A stretch of DNA of 64,000 nt from Candidatus Nomurabacteria bacterium (GTDB taxonomy: Bacteria > Patescibacteriota > Minisyncoccia > Phycocordibacterales > UBA918): NCBI GenBank assembly GCA_023898565.1, contig CP060228.1, positions 368,594 to 432,593 of the forward strand. The letters run 5' to 3'. The notes beneath the pieces were generated by a model. The model had not been told where the DNA came from, did not search any database, and saw only the letters and a program-made list of their open reading frames with translations. The translations under genes and the position numbers were made by a program. Shown here piece by piece: positions 38,663 through 47,662 of this stretch. The first letter of the stretch is position 1, and each line of letters begins with the position of its first letter.

Positions 38663-38727
38663 AGGCCTGAAGGCACCGGCAGCTGATCACCACCACGATT
38701 GGCTCCCGATTCCTTCAGGCCTTTTTT
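38663..38727 (+). terminator. Strong intrinsic terminator (10-bp stem ggcctgaagg/ccttcaggcc with large loop, followed by TTTTTT)
   Basis: Perfect stem plus a 7-nt U-tract on the plus strand. It lies inside an ORF-free 690 bp convergent intergenic region. Confidence 0.45.
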
Positions 38728-38900
38728 ATTTGAGAAAAGTAGTCTGTAGGCGACTATGCGGTCAAACTCAATATATCTGAGAACAAGTTTTGTGTTGCTT
38801 CTCAATTTTAATATTAATGTATGTCGCATTAGCTGAATACTTACCACCACAACCTAACATCAATAAAACGGCCCAGTTGGGTCGTTTTTCATATTGTCCT

Positions 38901-40373
38901 TTAGTTAACTCGATGTTCGCGAGCTATGTCCTTTAAGGCCAGGGCCTCTTCCTCAGCTTGTTTTTGCTTACCTGCATCAGCCAGAGCTATTAATTTCTCT
39001 TCTGATAACGCAAGAAGTTCCAGGGTTCTCCTTTCGAGGTATTCTGCAGTGTTTTTAGACGAGTCTTCTAGGGCTTCTTCGAGTAAAGCGTGCAAAATAT
39101 AGCCTAATTTACGTCCTGGCTTCTCTCCCGAGAGCTCCATAATGCGAGTACCATCTATCTTAAGCATTTTGACAGAGATTGGATCACGCAAGGCTTCATC
39201 CACCATGGCTTTATATTTGCGAAAGCGAAATGGTTCTTCCTTTGGTCGCCCCATACCAATTCGGTCGCAAACGCGTAGATTAAGGAGCTCTTCAATATGA
39301 TTCTCCCCCACTCGCGTGATGGTTCGGCGCACTGCAGATAATGAAATTTCCTCTGTATCAGCGAAAAACATGTGCCAACGGACCAAATTAGTGACTTCCT
39401 CGACTGTTTCGCGTGGCATTTTAAGTCGGTCAAGGATTTTTTTAGTCATCTTCGCACCTACTACTTCATGACCGAAGAAAGTGTATTGCTTGTTTTTCCC
39501 CCCTTCGCGGCGGGTTTGTGGCTTTGCAATATCGTGAAAAAGCCCAGCCAAGCGCATGTTCACCGAATATTCTTTATCAGCTGCCGCTTGCATGGTACGG
39601 AGGAGGTGTTCGTACACATCATATTTATGCGCCCCGCCTTGTTCCACCCCCACACAAATGAGAAGCTCGGGGATGAAATGTTGCAATAAACCAAGTTTTT
39701 CCATGAAAACAATGCCTTGCATAGGGGTTGGAGAAGCAATGGTGCGCAAAAACTCACTTGAGATACGTTCTATAGATATTTTGGTAAGTTGCTCGTGATT
39801 TGCCAAAATGGCTGCCATAGTATTGGTCTCAATGACAAAATCAAGCTCTGCTGCTAAGCGTACGGCACGCATCATACGGAGTGCATCCTCAGAAAAGCGT
39901 TCGTTTGCATCACCAACAGCCTTAAGTCGCTTGTTCTGGAGGTCCTCTACTCCGTCAAATAAGTCCACCATAGTATTGGTTGAAATTCGATATGCGAGTG
40001 CATTTACGGTAAAGTCGCGGCGCTTAAGGTCTTCCTCAAGTGATACACCAAAGGTGACAGAGTCAGGTCGGCGCGCATCAGTGTAACCGCTTTCAGTGCG
40101 ATATGGCGTTATTTCTACAACTTTCAGTGTTGTGTCTTCAGATTCTGTTTTTACACCGACAGTGCCGAAGTCATTATTAGCGTAGTGCTCAGGGAAAAGA
40201 GCTTGAATCTGCTCGGGGTGTGCGTTGGTGGTGAGATCCCAGTCTTTTGGCGTCTTTCCAAGAAGCAGGTCTCTGGTGCAGCCACCTACGACAAACGCCT
40301 CAAAACCATTAGTTTCAAGCGTATGTGCAATTTGTCGGACTTCTAGTGGAATCTTGTCTGCGCTAATATTCAT
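38901..40373 (-). CDS. cca: CCA-adding tRNA nucleotidyltransferase with HD domain
   Basis: Nucleotidyltransferase head GGCTRDLLLG ... DWDL and HD motif LFHDIAKP. Consistent with all tRNA genes here lacking an encoded CCA. Confidence 0.8.
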   Translation of the reverse strand: MNISADKIPLEVRQIAHTLETNGFEAFVVGGCTRDLLLGKTPKDWDLTTNAHPEQIQALFPEHYANNDFGTVGVKTESEDTTLKVVEITPYRTESGYTDARRPDSVTFGVSLEEDLKRRDFTVNALAYRISTNTMVDLFDGVEDLQNKRLKAVGDANERFSEDALRMMRAVRLAAELDFVIETNTMAAILANHEQLTKISIERISSEFLRTIASPTPMQGIVFMEKLGLLQHFIPELLICVGVEQGGAHKYDVYEHLLRTMQAAADKEYSVNMRLAGLFHDIAKPQTRREGGKNKQYTFFGHEVVGAKMTKKILDRLKMPRETVEEVTNLVRWHMFFADTEEISLSAVRRTITRVGENHIEELLNLRVCDRIGMGRPKEEPFRFRKYKAMVDEALRDPISVKMLKIDGTRIMELSGEKPGRKLGYILHALLEEALEDSSKNTAEYLERRTLELLALSEEKLIALADAGKQKQAEEEALALKDIAREHRVN

Positions 40374-40441
40374 AAAGCTATTCTAGCAGAAAACCATTGA
40401 TTTTTCGCCATATACCACGTATGATGATGACCACAGAAATG

Positions 40442-40513
40442 CACCCATGGTGAAATGGATATCACAACTGACTTCGGATCAGTCGTTCTGGGTTCGAGTC
40501 CTGGTGGGTGCAC
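40442..40513 (+). tRNA. tRNA-Arg (anticodon TCG)
   Basis: Manual fold: acceptor GCACCCA/TGGGTGC, D-stem GTGA/TCAC, anticodon stem ACTGA/TCAGT with loop CTTCGGA. Followed by a terminator hairpin at 40521-40549. Confidence 0.75.
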
Positions 40514-40548
40514 TAATAATAAAAACCAGCAATAGATGCTGGTTTTTA

Positions 40549-40833
40549 TTATTCCCGTCTCTCCTGCTTGTTCTTATGTAGCACGAGCAGCAGTACGGCC
40601 AAACAGCCAACGAAGTTTATTGATGCGACCGTGAATAGCAGCCAATCCTCAACGGCGGTATAGATATATAGAACTGAAATAACGCTTGTGTAGGTCCAAA
40701 TTGTCCAGCTTGGAGTTGAAAAATTTTTCGCCGCCCCACTGGTGGTAAGCAGCTTTGTGATTTGCGGAAGATACGCCATTAGTGCGAATAAGCTGTTGCC
40801 AGCATAGAGCCACGTAATAATCTCAAGTGTCAT
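40549..40833 (-). CDS. Small 3-TM membrane protein, PQ-loop / SemiSWEET-like
   Basis: 94 aa, three hydrophobic helices, with a PQ motif (AYLPQITKLL) in the first helix. Confidence 0.35.
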   Translation of the reverse strand: MTLEIITWLYAGNSLFALMAYLPQITKLLTTSGAAKNFSTPSWTIWTYTSVISVLYIYTAVEDWLLFTVASINFVGCLAVLLLVLHKNKQERRE

Positions 40834-40910
40834 ACATTAATCCTAGCATGAGTCCTAGTGTTAATTAGTAAAAGGAAACATATGTATGTAGTATATAATA
40901 TACAGTATTT

Positions 40911-41585
40911 ATGGTTCGAAATGAGGCAATGATGGAGCAGGTGCGAGGCTTGCGCTCTCGGGGCTTTACGCTTGCAGAGATTGCCAAGTATTGTGGTGTT
41001 TCAAAGTCAACGGTTTCAAAATGGTTGAAAAATAACGCTCTTTCAGGTGAAGTGACTAAGCAAAATAAGCGTCGGGCGGGCCAAGAAAATGCTAAGCGAC
41101 TAAAGCTTATTAACAAGGCTCGTGGTTCCGAACGTGCTTTGCGGCTTGCTGAGCAGCTGAGGACCGCTGAGACGGAGTATAAGCACTACAAGCAAAACGC
41201 CCTCTTTATGGCCGCTATAGCTATATATATGGCCTCTGGTGACCTCAGTGAGGGTGGAACGATCAGGCTTTCGACTAAACGCAGTGAAGTGCATGCAATT
41301 TTCATACGCTTTGCTGAGGAGTACCTAGGTGTCACAAAAACAAAGGTGCGATTCTGGCTACTGTTGCATGAAACACATGATGAAGAACGGTGTATGAAGC
41401 ATTGGAAAAAGAAAACTCGCCTCACCTACCAGCAGTTCAAGAAAAATCAGGTGCTGAAGAGTGGCGTCTCACAAAAACCATTGCATTATGGCGTAGGAAA
41501 TACTATAATCGGCAGCACAGTTTTGAAGCAGAAGCTTAGCCACTGGATTAAGCTATCTGTGAAAGATCTGTCAGCTTTAAAGTAA
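40911..41585 (+). CDS. Hypothetical HTH DNA-binding protein
   Basis: N-terminal HTH (GFTLAEIAKYCGVSKSTVSKWLKN). The stop codon abuts the first base of tRNA-Gly. Confidence 0.4.
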   Translation: MVRNEAMMEQVRGLRSRGFTLAEIAKYCGVSKSTVSKWLKNNALSGEVTKQNKRRAGQENAKRLKLINKARGSERALRLAEQLRTAETEYKHYKQNALFMAAIAIYMASGDLSEGGTIRLSTKRSEVHAIFIRFAEEYLGVTKTKVRFWLLLHETHDEERCMKHWKKKTRLTYQQFKKNQVLKSGVSQKPLHYGVGNTIIGSTVLKQKLSHWIKLSVKDLSALK

Positions 41586-41656
41586 GCGGCCATGGTTAAG
41601 TGGTATAATGAGTCCTTGCCAAGGATTAGTCGGGAGTTCGATTCTCCCTGGCCGCA
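41586..41656 (+). tRNA. tRNA-Gly (anticodon GCC)
   Basis: Manual fold: acceptor GCGGCCA/TGGCCGC, anticodon stem AGTCC/GGATT with loop TTGCCAA, T-loop TTCGATT. Confidence 0.8.
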
Positions 41657-41809
41657 CATCGCAAATATTCTCGTGAAAAGCACCTGTAAAACAGGTGCTT
41701 TTCACATGGTGGTAACTGTGGATAAAACAGTGGATAGGTGGATAAAGGACAATCCACAGTTCTCAAGTATATCTGTCTTTTATAAAGGACAGTGCTATAA
41801 TTAAAGCTA

Positions 41810-42545
41810 TATCGGCACGTGGTTGTGATTCCTTAGATACAAAAGACTTTTGACGTGCCACGTGAAACGTTACCTATAGTTACACATGAAACAAGACCAG
41901 AAACAGGGTGATAAAAACAAAACGGGAGCAATTGGTGAGCAAATTGCAGCTAATTACCTTAAACGACAAGGTTTTACCGTTATTGAGGTAAATTACCTTA
42001 AAAAGTGGGGAGAAATTGATATTGTTGCACGTGGCACAGAAAAAATACACTTTATTGAGGTAAAAACAGTTTCATATGAAACAAAACAGCAGTTGCGCAC
42101 TGCAATTTCACGTGGAACTTGGCGACCAGAAGAGAATGTTCACTATAATAAGCTCCAAAGACTTAATCGTGCTATTGAATCGTGGCTAATCGAAAATAAC
42201 TCGACTGCTGACTGGCAGATAGATATTATCGCGGTAAGAATTGTTACACGTGAAAAGGCCGGGACGATAAAGTATATTCCTAACGTTATTTTGTAGATGT
42301 GTGTCACATGAAACGCCATGATCATCGTTTCGTGTGTAACGGTGCTATACTGGTTTCATATGGAACAGTCTTTTCTAGGAAAGTATCGCCACTACAAAGG
42401 AGGCATGTATGAAGTTAGTGGTATAGCGAAACATTCAGAATCACTAGAATTGAGGGTATTCGACAGCCTAGGTTCGCAAGGCTGAATGAGTATGCGTGAG
42501 TGTGTTCCATGTGTAACTAAAGTAGTGTTTCACGTGAAACAAATT
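41810..42545. repeat. Array of at least 11 copies or half-copies of a 14-bp palindrome GTTTCAYRTGAAAC, over and flanking the YraN-like gene
   Basis: Perfect palindromes GTTTCATATGAAAC (42069-42082) and GTTTCACGTGAAAC (42527-42540). Variants at 42327, 42353, 42504, 42243 and 42106. Half-sites CACGTGAAAC (41859) and CACATGAAAC (41883, 42305). Confidence 0.5.
41886..42296 (+). CDS. YraN/UPF0102-family (PD-(D/E)xK-like) endonuclease
   Basis: IGEQIAANYLKRQGFTVIEVNY ... GEIDIVAR ... IHFIEVK matches the conserved YraN motifs. Confidence 0.55.
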   Translation: MKQDQKQGDKNKTGAIGEQIAANYLKRQGFTVIEVNYLKKWGEIDIVARGTEKIHFIEVKTVSYETKQQLRTAISRGTWRPEENVHYNKLQRLNRAIESWLIENNSTADWQIDIIAVRIVTREKAGTIKYIPNVIL

Positions 42546-42881
42546 CAGTTGTGCTGCTGTCATTATCCGAGTGTGGAGCGGCCCCGTGCTCAAGCCAGTC
42601 CGTAGTGACATTAGTGATAACTGCTACAAATTTATGTGCTACTAAGCTGTTTGGGTTAACTGGAGTTGAGGCTCGTGTGCTGTAGAAGTAGTGGGTTGGT
42701 GTAGATTAAGACTCGCTTTTTTTAAAGATAGATGGTATATTTTGCGAACTTAAATCACGTAAGGTGGTTTTGGTCGAGTGATTCGCGGCTGGTAGCTGTC
42801 TACAGTCGTGAGAGTGTAAGTAAAACTTCCGCTCCTCGTTCGAAGCTTAGATGTAAGTAACCTTCCATTTATCTTCTCACT

Positions 42882-42952
42882 CGGGGTGTAGCATAATGGT
42901 AGTGTACGCGGTTTGGGACCGTGTGGCCCGGGTTCGATTCCCGGCTCCCCGA
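42882..42952 (+). tRNA. tRNA-Pro (anticodon TGG)
   Basis: Manual fold: anticodon stem CGCGG/CCGTG with loop TTTGGGA, T-arm CCGGG-TTCGATT-CCCGG, acceptor with one T-T mismatch. Followed by a terminator at 42958-42994. Confidence 0.65.
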
Positions 42953-42996
42953 CAACAAACATAAAAGCCTCAGGATTCTGAGGCTTTTATGTTAGG

Positions 42997-43929
42997 ATGC
43001 TCCGTATGATTAATTACTATTTTCGAACAGTAAAAGATGCTGAAATTAAAGAAATCGATGGCATTCGAAATGGGGTATGGGTGCACGCTGAAAACCCTAC
43101 AGACACTGAATTTGCAGAGCTTACGGCTACACTTAAGCTCGATGAGGGGATTATGGAAGACGCCAAGGACTTCTTTGAGGTGCCGCGTCTCGAGCGCTCC
43201 GAAGGAAACACGTATTTCTTTACGCGGTATTCATATAATGAGCAGTCAGAAGATATCGATACGGCACCACTCCTTATCGTGATGGGGGAGTCGTTTGTGC
43301 TTACGGTCTCACTGCGTCCCGTGTCGCAGCTGGAGTATATTCGACGGAGTCCAAAAAGCATCTATACAACCCAAAAAACAAAGCTTTTTATCAATATTAT
43401 GGAGGAAATTACCAATGCGTTTGAGCGGCAGTTGATTGGACTACGTCGGGCGGTGCACCGTGATCGAGCCCAGCTCCGGAAGATTGGCAATAAGGAAATT
43501 GTGCGGTTTGTGAACTACGAACACCGTATCAATGATATGGTAGCAGCCTTGGTGCCAACGAATGTGGCACTCCTTAAAGTGATGAATGGGCACTATTTTT
43601 CAATCTACGAGGACGACAGGGAAGAGGTGGAAGACTTGCGTATCGCCAATGAGCAGGCGGTCGATTCGGCTCGCATTCTCCTTAAAACGATTCAGAATGT
43701 GCGGTCTGCGTCGGAGGCAATTCTCACTAATAACCTTAACAACCGTATTAAAACTCTGACGGTTTTAACGATTTTGCTCACAGTACCGACAATTGTTTCT
43801 TCGCTCTTTGGTATGAATGTGCCGCTGCCGCTCGAAGATAATCAGTATGCATTTGAGTTTGTAATTGCGGTGGTGCTTGGAGTCGTTGCACTGGCGGTGT
43901 GGTATTTTAAGAGGAATGAATGGCTCTAA
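42997..43929 (+). CDS. corA: CorA-family magnesium/cobalt transporter
   Basis: C-terminal two TM helices with the GMN signature (SSLFGMNVPLP). Confidence 0.8.
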   Translation: MLRMINYYFRTVKDAEIKEIDGIRNGVWVHAENPTDTEFAELTATLKLDEGIMEDAKDFFEVPRLERSEGNTYFFTRYSYNEQSEDIDTAPLLIVMGESFVLTVSLRPVSQLEYIRRSPKSIYTTQKTKLFINIMEEITNAFERQLIGLRRAVHRDRAQLRKIGNKEIVRFVNYEHRINDMVAALVPTNVALLKVMNGHYFSIYEDDREEVEDLRIANEQAVDSARILLKTIQNVRSASEAILTNNLNNRIKTLTVLTILLTVPTIVSSLFGMNVPLPLEDNQYAFEFVIAVVLGVVALAVWYFKRNEWL

Positions 43930-43933
43930 TTCT

Positions 43934-44548
43934 ATGAAACAGCAGGTTTTTTATATCCATGGTGGGGAAGGGTTCCTTAATCATGAGGACTTCTTGGAAA
44001 GATTGCGAACACAAGCACTCTGGCATTTACCGACAAGTAACAGCTTTGTGTCTAAAAAGTGGACCGATTCATTAGCAGATGATTTAGGTGCTGATTTTGA
44101 GGTGGTTGCACCAGCGATGCCTAATAAACAAAATGCAAAGTTTGAGGAATGGAAAATTTGGTTTGAACGACATTTTGAGTATCTGCATGATGATGCGATT
44201 TTAATTGGGTATTCACTTGGTGCCATGTTTTTAGTTAAGTATCTAGCTAATTACGATTTGCCTTTTGTCCCTAAGAAAGTGTTTCTGATGGCAGGCGCGT
44301 ACGAGTTGCCTGGTTTTGTGGATGATAGTTGTGGCGATTTCTTAATTGCGCCTGAAAAAGTAGCAACTATTCAAGAAAAACTAAAGAATATCGTTATTTT
44401 TCACTCAAAAGATGACTTTGTGGTGCCGTTTGCGCATGGCGAGGCCCTAGCGAAGGCACTGCCGGAGGCAAAATTTGTGGTATTTGAGAATAAGAACCAC
44501 TTTTTGATCGAGGAATTCCCGGAATTGTTGGCGGAAATTAGGGGTTAG
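43934..44548 (+). CDS. Alpha/beta-hydrolase (YdeN/RBBP9-like serine hydrolase)
   Basis: GYSLGA nucleophile elbow, with ~200 aa size and layout typical of the Ser_hydrolase family. The start was chosen at Met 43934. Confidence 0.55.
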   Translation: MKQQVFYIHGGEGFLNHEDFLERLRTQALWHLPTSNSFVSKKWTDSLADDLGADFEVVAPAMPNKQNAKFEEWKIWFERHFEYLHDDAILIGYSLGAMFLVKYLANYDLPFVPKKVFLMAGAYELPGFVDDSCGDFLIAPEKVATIQEKLKNIVIFHSKDDFVVPFAHGEALAKALPEAKFVVFENKNHFLIEEFPELLAEIRG

Positions 44549-44597
44549 GGGAGAAAAGGGCGGATGCGCGAGCGCATCCGCCCTTTTCTCGATACCA

Positions 44598-45266
44598 GTG
44601 AGTTACCCCGTGAAAGAAAGTGCCGTTTCGTTCGTCTACGTATATAATGGTCATTACATGGAAGGGAAGGATTCGACTGACAACCTAAGTGACCACGAAG
44701 CGCGTTTTTTGAAAGCTTTCGATGAGTATAACGATGCCTTGTTCCGGCACGCGTACTTACGAGTGAGTAATCGCGAGAAAGCCATTGATTTGGTGCATGA
44801 TGCGTACACAAAAGTATGGTCATACATCCGCGATGGTTACCAAATTGATTCATTCCGCCCCTTTTTATACAAAGTCCTCAACAATTTAATCATTGACGAG
44901 TACCGTAAGCGGAAAGAAGCATCGCTCGATGCGCTGATGGAGCAAGAGGGTGTTGATGAAGGATCGTTTGATGATTTGTCAGAAAACACTGTTGAAATGC
45001 TTGCGGCTACCATTGATGGACGAAAAGCCTTCGACTTGCTGGAGGAACTGCCAGATCAATACCGCGAAGTGATTATCTATCGCTTCGTCGACCAGCTCGG
45101 TCCGCGCGAAATCAGCGAGCTTATCGAAGAAAGTGAAAATGTCATATCGGTACGGATTCATCGTGGTCTAAAGTTGCTGCGGCAGAAAATTGAAGCAAAC
45201 GATGAATATGCCGAAGAGCGTCGCAAAGCAAAGCAAAAGAAAAAACAAACAAATTTACACACATGA
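44598..45266 (+). CDS. ECF-type RNA polymerase sigma-70 factor
   Basis: Region 2 (LVHDAYTKVWSYI) and region 4 HTH (LGPREISELIEESENVISVRIHRGLKLL). The true start may be the internal Met at 44658. Confidence 0.7.
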   Translation: MSYPVKESAVSFVYVYNGHYMEGKDSTDNLSDHEARFLKAFDEYNDALFRHAYLRVSNREKAIDLVHDAYTKVWSYIRDGYQIDSFRPFLYKVLNNLIIDEYRKRKEASLDALMEQEGVDEGSFDDLSENTVEMLAATIDGRKAFDLLEELPDQYREVIIYRFVDQLGPREISELIEESENVISVRIHRGLKLLRQKIEANDEYAEERRKAKQKKKQTNLHT

Positions 45267-46687
45267 AGCAATTCAGCCAACAACTACATAAAAAAGCTGA
45301 AACGACTGTAAAACTACAGGCGGCTGAGTGTCGTGAGCTTCGGGAGCGCGTCGTTGCGTATATGGAGTATCATCCGCTTCCAGCTAATCTTAAAGCTGAA
45401 AAAGCAGTACAGACACCAGCTTCACTCGCTACGGATGCGTATCAGGTGGTGCTGGTACCATTTCGTGCATTGTTTAAGTATGGAGCTGTCGCAGCGGCGG
45501 TAGTTTTGGTGCTGGTGCCATTTATGGCTGAGAAGGCTGTGCCTGGCGATGTTCTCTACGCAGTAAAGGTGCAGTTTAACGAAGAAGTACGTAGCACACT
45601 AACGTTCGATAGCTTTGAGAAAGTTGAGTGGGAGACGGAGCGACTTAATCGCCGCATTGCGGAAGCTCGCTTGCTTGCAAGCGAGGGGCGTCTGACAGAA
45701 GAAGTTGAGGCAGAGGTGGCTGATGCTGTGCGCATTCACACCGAGAATGCTAAAAGAGAAATTGAAACACTTCGTGCCGAGGACGCTGATGAGGCGACTA
45801 TTGCGTCTATTGCGCTCGATACTACTCTAGAAGTGCAATCAACTTCGCTTAAGGGTGATGATGTCGAGGTTGCTCGAATGATGGCGGTGACTGAAGTGAG
45901 TCGACCTGTGAGTTTGATTGCTACCGCGCTTGATGAATCTCGTGGTGAGTCTGAGGTGGTGAATGCTTCAACTACGCCTGCGTATAGTAAACTAATTGCT
46001 CGAGTGGAACAAAACACAACAAGGATTTATGAGTTGCGTGATCAGTTGCGTGAAGTTGCGCCAACAGCTGAACTGGGCGAGGTGGATCGTCGCGTGGCTG
46101 ATATTGAGCGGGCCATTTCAGAGGCTGTTGCTATGGCTGTGGATGACGAAGTCGGTGCTAGAAAGTCTTTGGTAGAGGTATTGCAACGCACACAGCGACT
46201 CATTGTCTTTATGACTGAGATTGAAGTATCCGAAACAGTTGATATTGAGACATATGTGCCGGTTGTGTTAACGAGTGAAGAGAAGCAGGAAATTATTGCT
46301 AGTTCGACAAAGGCAGTGCGTGACATGATGGAAATAGTCACTGAGCGTTTGGTTACTGTAGATGATCAGGCGCTGCTTGATAAAGCTTTGGCTGGCCAGA
46401 AGGCGCTGGCCGCATTATCTGAGAGAATGGCCTCAACATCAGCTGATTTTGAAACATTTGTTGCTTTGTACGAAGAGGCGGTAGTAATGGCTGCTGATAT
46501 TGAAATGTTGCTTGCACAACAGGAATTGCCAATTGTTATTGATGAGGTCGCAACATCGTCTTCGCTGGTGGCTACTAGTACTGAGTCGATGGCCATTGGT
46601 ACATCGACTGCTAGTAGTACTGAGGTTTTTTCCGAGACGTCCTCAACAACTGACGATTTTGATGTTTCAGTTGACACTAGTCTATAA
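45263..46687 (+). CDS. Putative anti-sigma factor / membrane-anchored protein with large extracytoplasmic coiled-coil domain
   Basis: Overlaps the sigma stop by 4 nt. A ~60 aa cytoplasmic N-terminus, single TM (AVAAAVVLVLVPF) and acidic helical C-terminal domain. Confidence 0.4.
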   Translation: MKQFSQQLHKKAETTVKLQAAECRELRERVVAYMEYHPLPANLKAEKAVQTPASLATDAYQVVLVPFRALFKYGAVAAAVVLVLVPFMAEKAVPGDVLYAVKVQFNEEVRSTLTFDSFEKVEWETERLNRRIAEARLLASEGRLTEEVEAEVADAVRIHTENAKREIETLRAEDADEATIASIALDTTLEVQSTSLKGDDVEVARMMAVTEVSRPVSLIATALDESRGESEVVNASTTPAYSKLIARVEQNTTRIYELRDQLREVAPTAELGEVDRRVADIERAISEAVAMAVDDEVGARKSLVEVLQRTQRLIVFMTEIEVSETVDIETYVPVVLTSEEKQEIIASSTKAVRDMMEIVTERLVTVDDQALLDKALAGQKALAALSERMASTSADFETFVALYEEAVVMAADIEMLLAQQELPIVIDEVATSSSLVATSTESMAIGTSTASSTEVFSETSSTTDDFDVSVDTSL

Positions 46688-46977
46688 TCACGTATATTTG
46701 CTGTATGCAACGCGCACACGTACAAATCAATCAAGTAAACGAAGGAACATCAGTATGGTTTTTCTTCTTTACTTTTATCGCCTGGGGCGGGTTGGTTATG
46801 ATGAGTGCGTAAAGAAACTCAAAAACCGGCTCGCCCTAGGCGAGCCGGTTTTTGTTTTAGTTGGTTCGCCGGGAAAATATTTGAAGGCTTTCAAATATTT
46901 TCCCGGCTCGTCAGAGTCTGGAAACTGCTTTTTATCTAAAAAGATGAGTGTTGTTCTTTACTATCGGAGGTGAATCA

Positions 46978-47586
46978 ATGGACGCGGCAATTTGTCGTAA
47001 TGTATATGATGATGTGAGCGCCCGACTGGGCGTGAGTTTTATCACTCCCAAACAGATTGAGGAGGTATTTGGGTGGAAATATTCGGCAGAGCAACACGAT
47101 ACTCTGTTGGCGGCTTTGTCGGATGACGTGGTTGAGACGGCGTTGCAAAGCGACGCTTTGTTGCTACCGCTGCCGCCCACGGTTCGGAGTCTCTATGCAC
47201 TTTTTTCTCTTGGTCGTGAGGGGATGGTCTATCGCTACCGTAATTATCGGTATGCGAATGAGACATTTACTCGCGAAGGTGCATGGCTGCTGTTCCCAAA
47301 ACGGCCTAACTCCAATTCTGTTGGTCTGGCGTATGAAGATCAGTGCAAGCTTTTGGTGCCAGGTGAGGTGATTCCCAATGCTGCTGAGATTGCGTACGTG
47401 ATTGTTGCCTTTCGAGCGGTGCATAAGGAACATTGCTATGTCGGAGTGTATCTCCGTTCAAGCACGCAGTATATGCTTGACTGCAATGTGGCCGTAGGTT
47501 GTTCTGAAGGTGAGATTTCGATGCAGGACATGTACAATGGTGCTCGACTCGAAAATGTACAATTTGCAGCCGCTACGTTCATTTAA
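46978..47586 (+). CDS. Hypothetical protein
   Basis: GGAGG Shine-Dalgarno 7 nt upstream of ATG 46978. 203 aa with no recognisable motifs. Confidence 0.4.
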   Translation: MDAAICRNVYDDVSARLGVSFITPKQIEEVFGWKYSAEQHDTLLAALSDDVVETALQSDALLLPLPPTVRSLYALFSLGREGMVYRYRNYRYANETFTREGAWLLFPKRPNSNSVGLAYEDQCKLLVPGEVIPNAAEIAYVIVAFRAVHKEHCYVGVYLRSSTQYMLDCNVAVGCSEGEISMQDMYNGARLENVQFAAATFI

Positions 47587-47662
47587 ATGATTTTCAATAC
47601 ACCAAACGCCTTGCGTCTTGGTGTATTTTTTTTATTATGTATAGCTCTCAGATTGGGTCAGT

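Noticed and set aside
38208-38900. Tried to assign the ORF-free region to RNase P RNA, tmRNA or SRP RNA
   Set aside because: I could not find the RNase P P4 motif (AGGAAAGUCCGGGC / ACAGAAUCCGGCUUA), a tmRNA tag ORF ending in AA-stop with a tRNA-like 3' end, or the SRP GGAAGCAGCC motif on either strand. It is kept only as a generic ncRNA candidate.
40911-41585. Considered a LAGLIDADG homing endonuclease or transposase for the HTH protein
   Set aside because: The segment YMASGDLSEGG does not match LAGLIDADG spacing, and no DDE or catalytic motifs were found. Left as a generic HTH protein.
41592-41804. 70 aa ORF overlapping tRNA-Gly(GCC)
   Set aside because: It starts inside the tRNA gene with no RBS. 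Spurious.
42750-42962. 70 aa minus-strand ORF overlapping tRNA-Pro
   Set aside because: Antisense to a tRNA gene. Spurious.
46741-46973. Possible ~72 aa plus-strand ORF (MVFLLYFYRLGRVGYDE...) after the anti-sigma-like gene
   Set aside because: It reads straight through the terminator hairpin aaaaaccggctcgccctaggcgagccggttttt, and the sequence is low-complexity. More likely non-coding.
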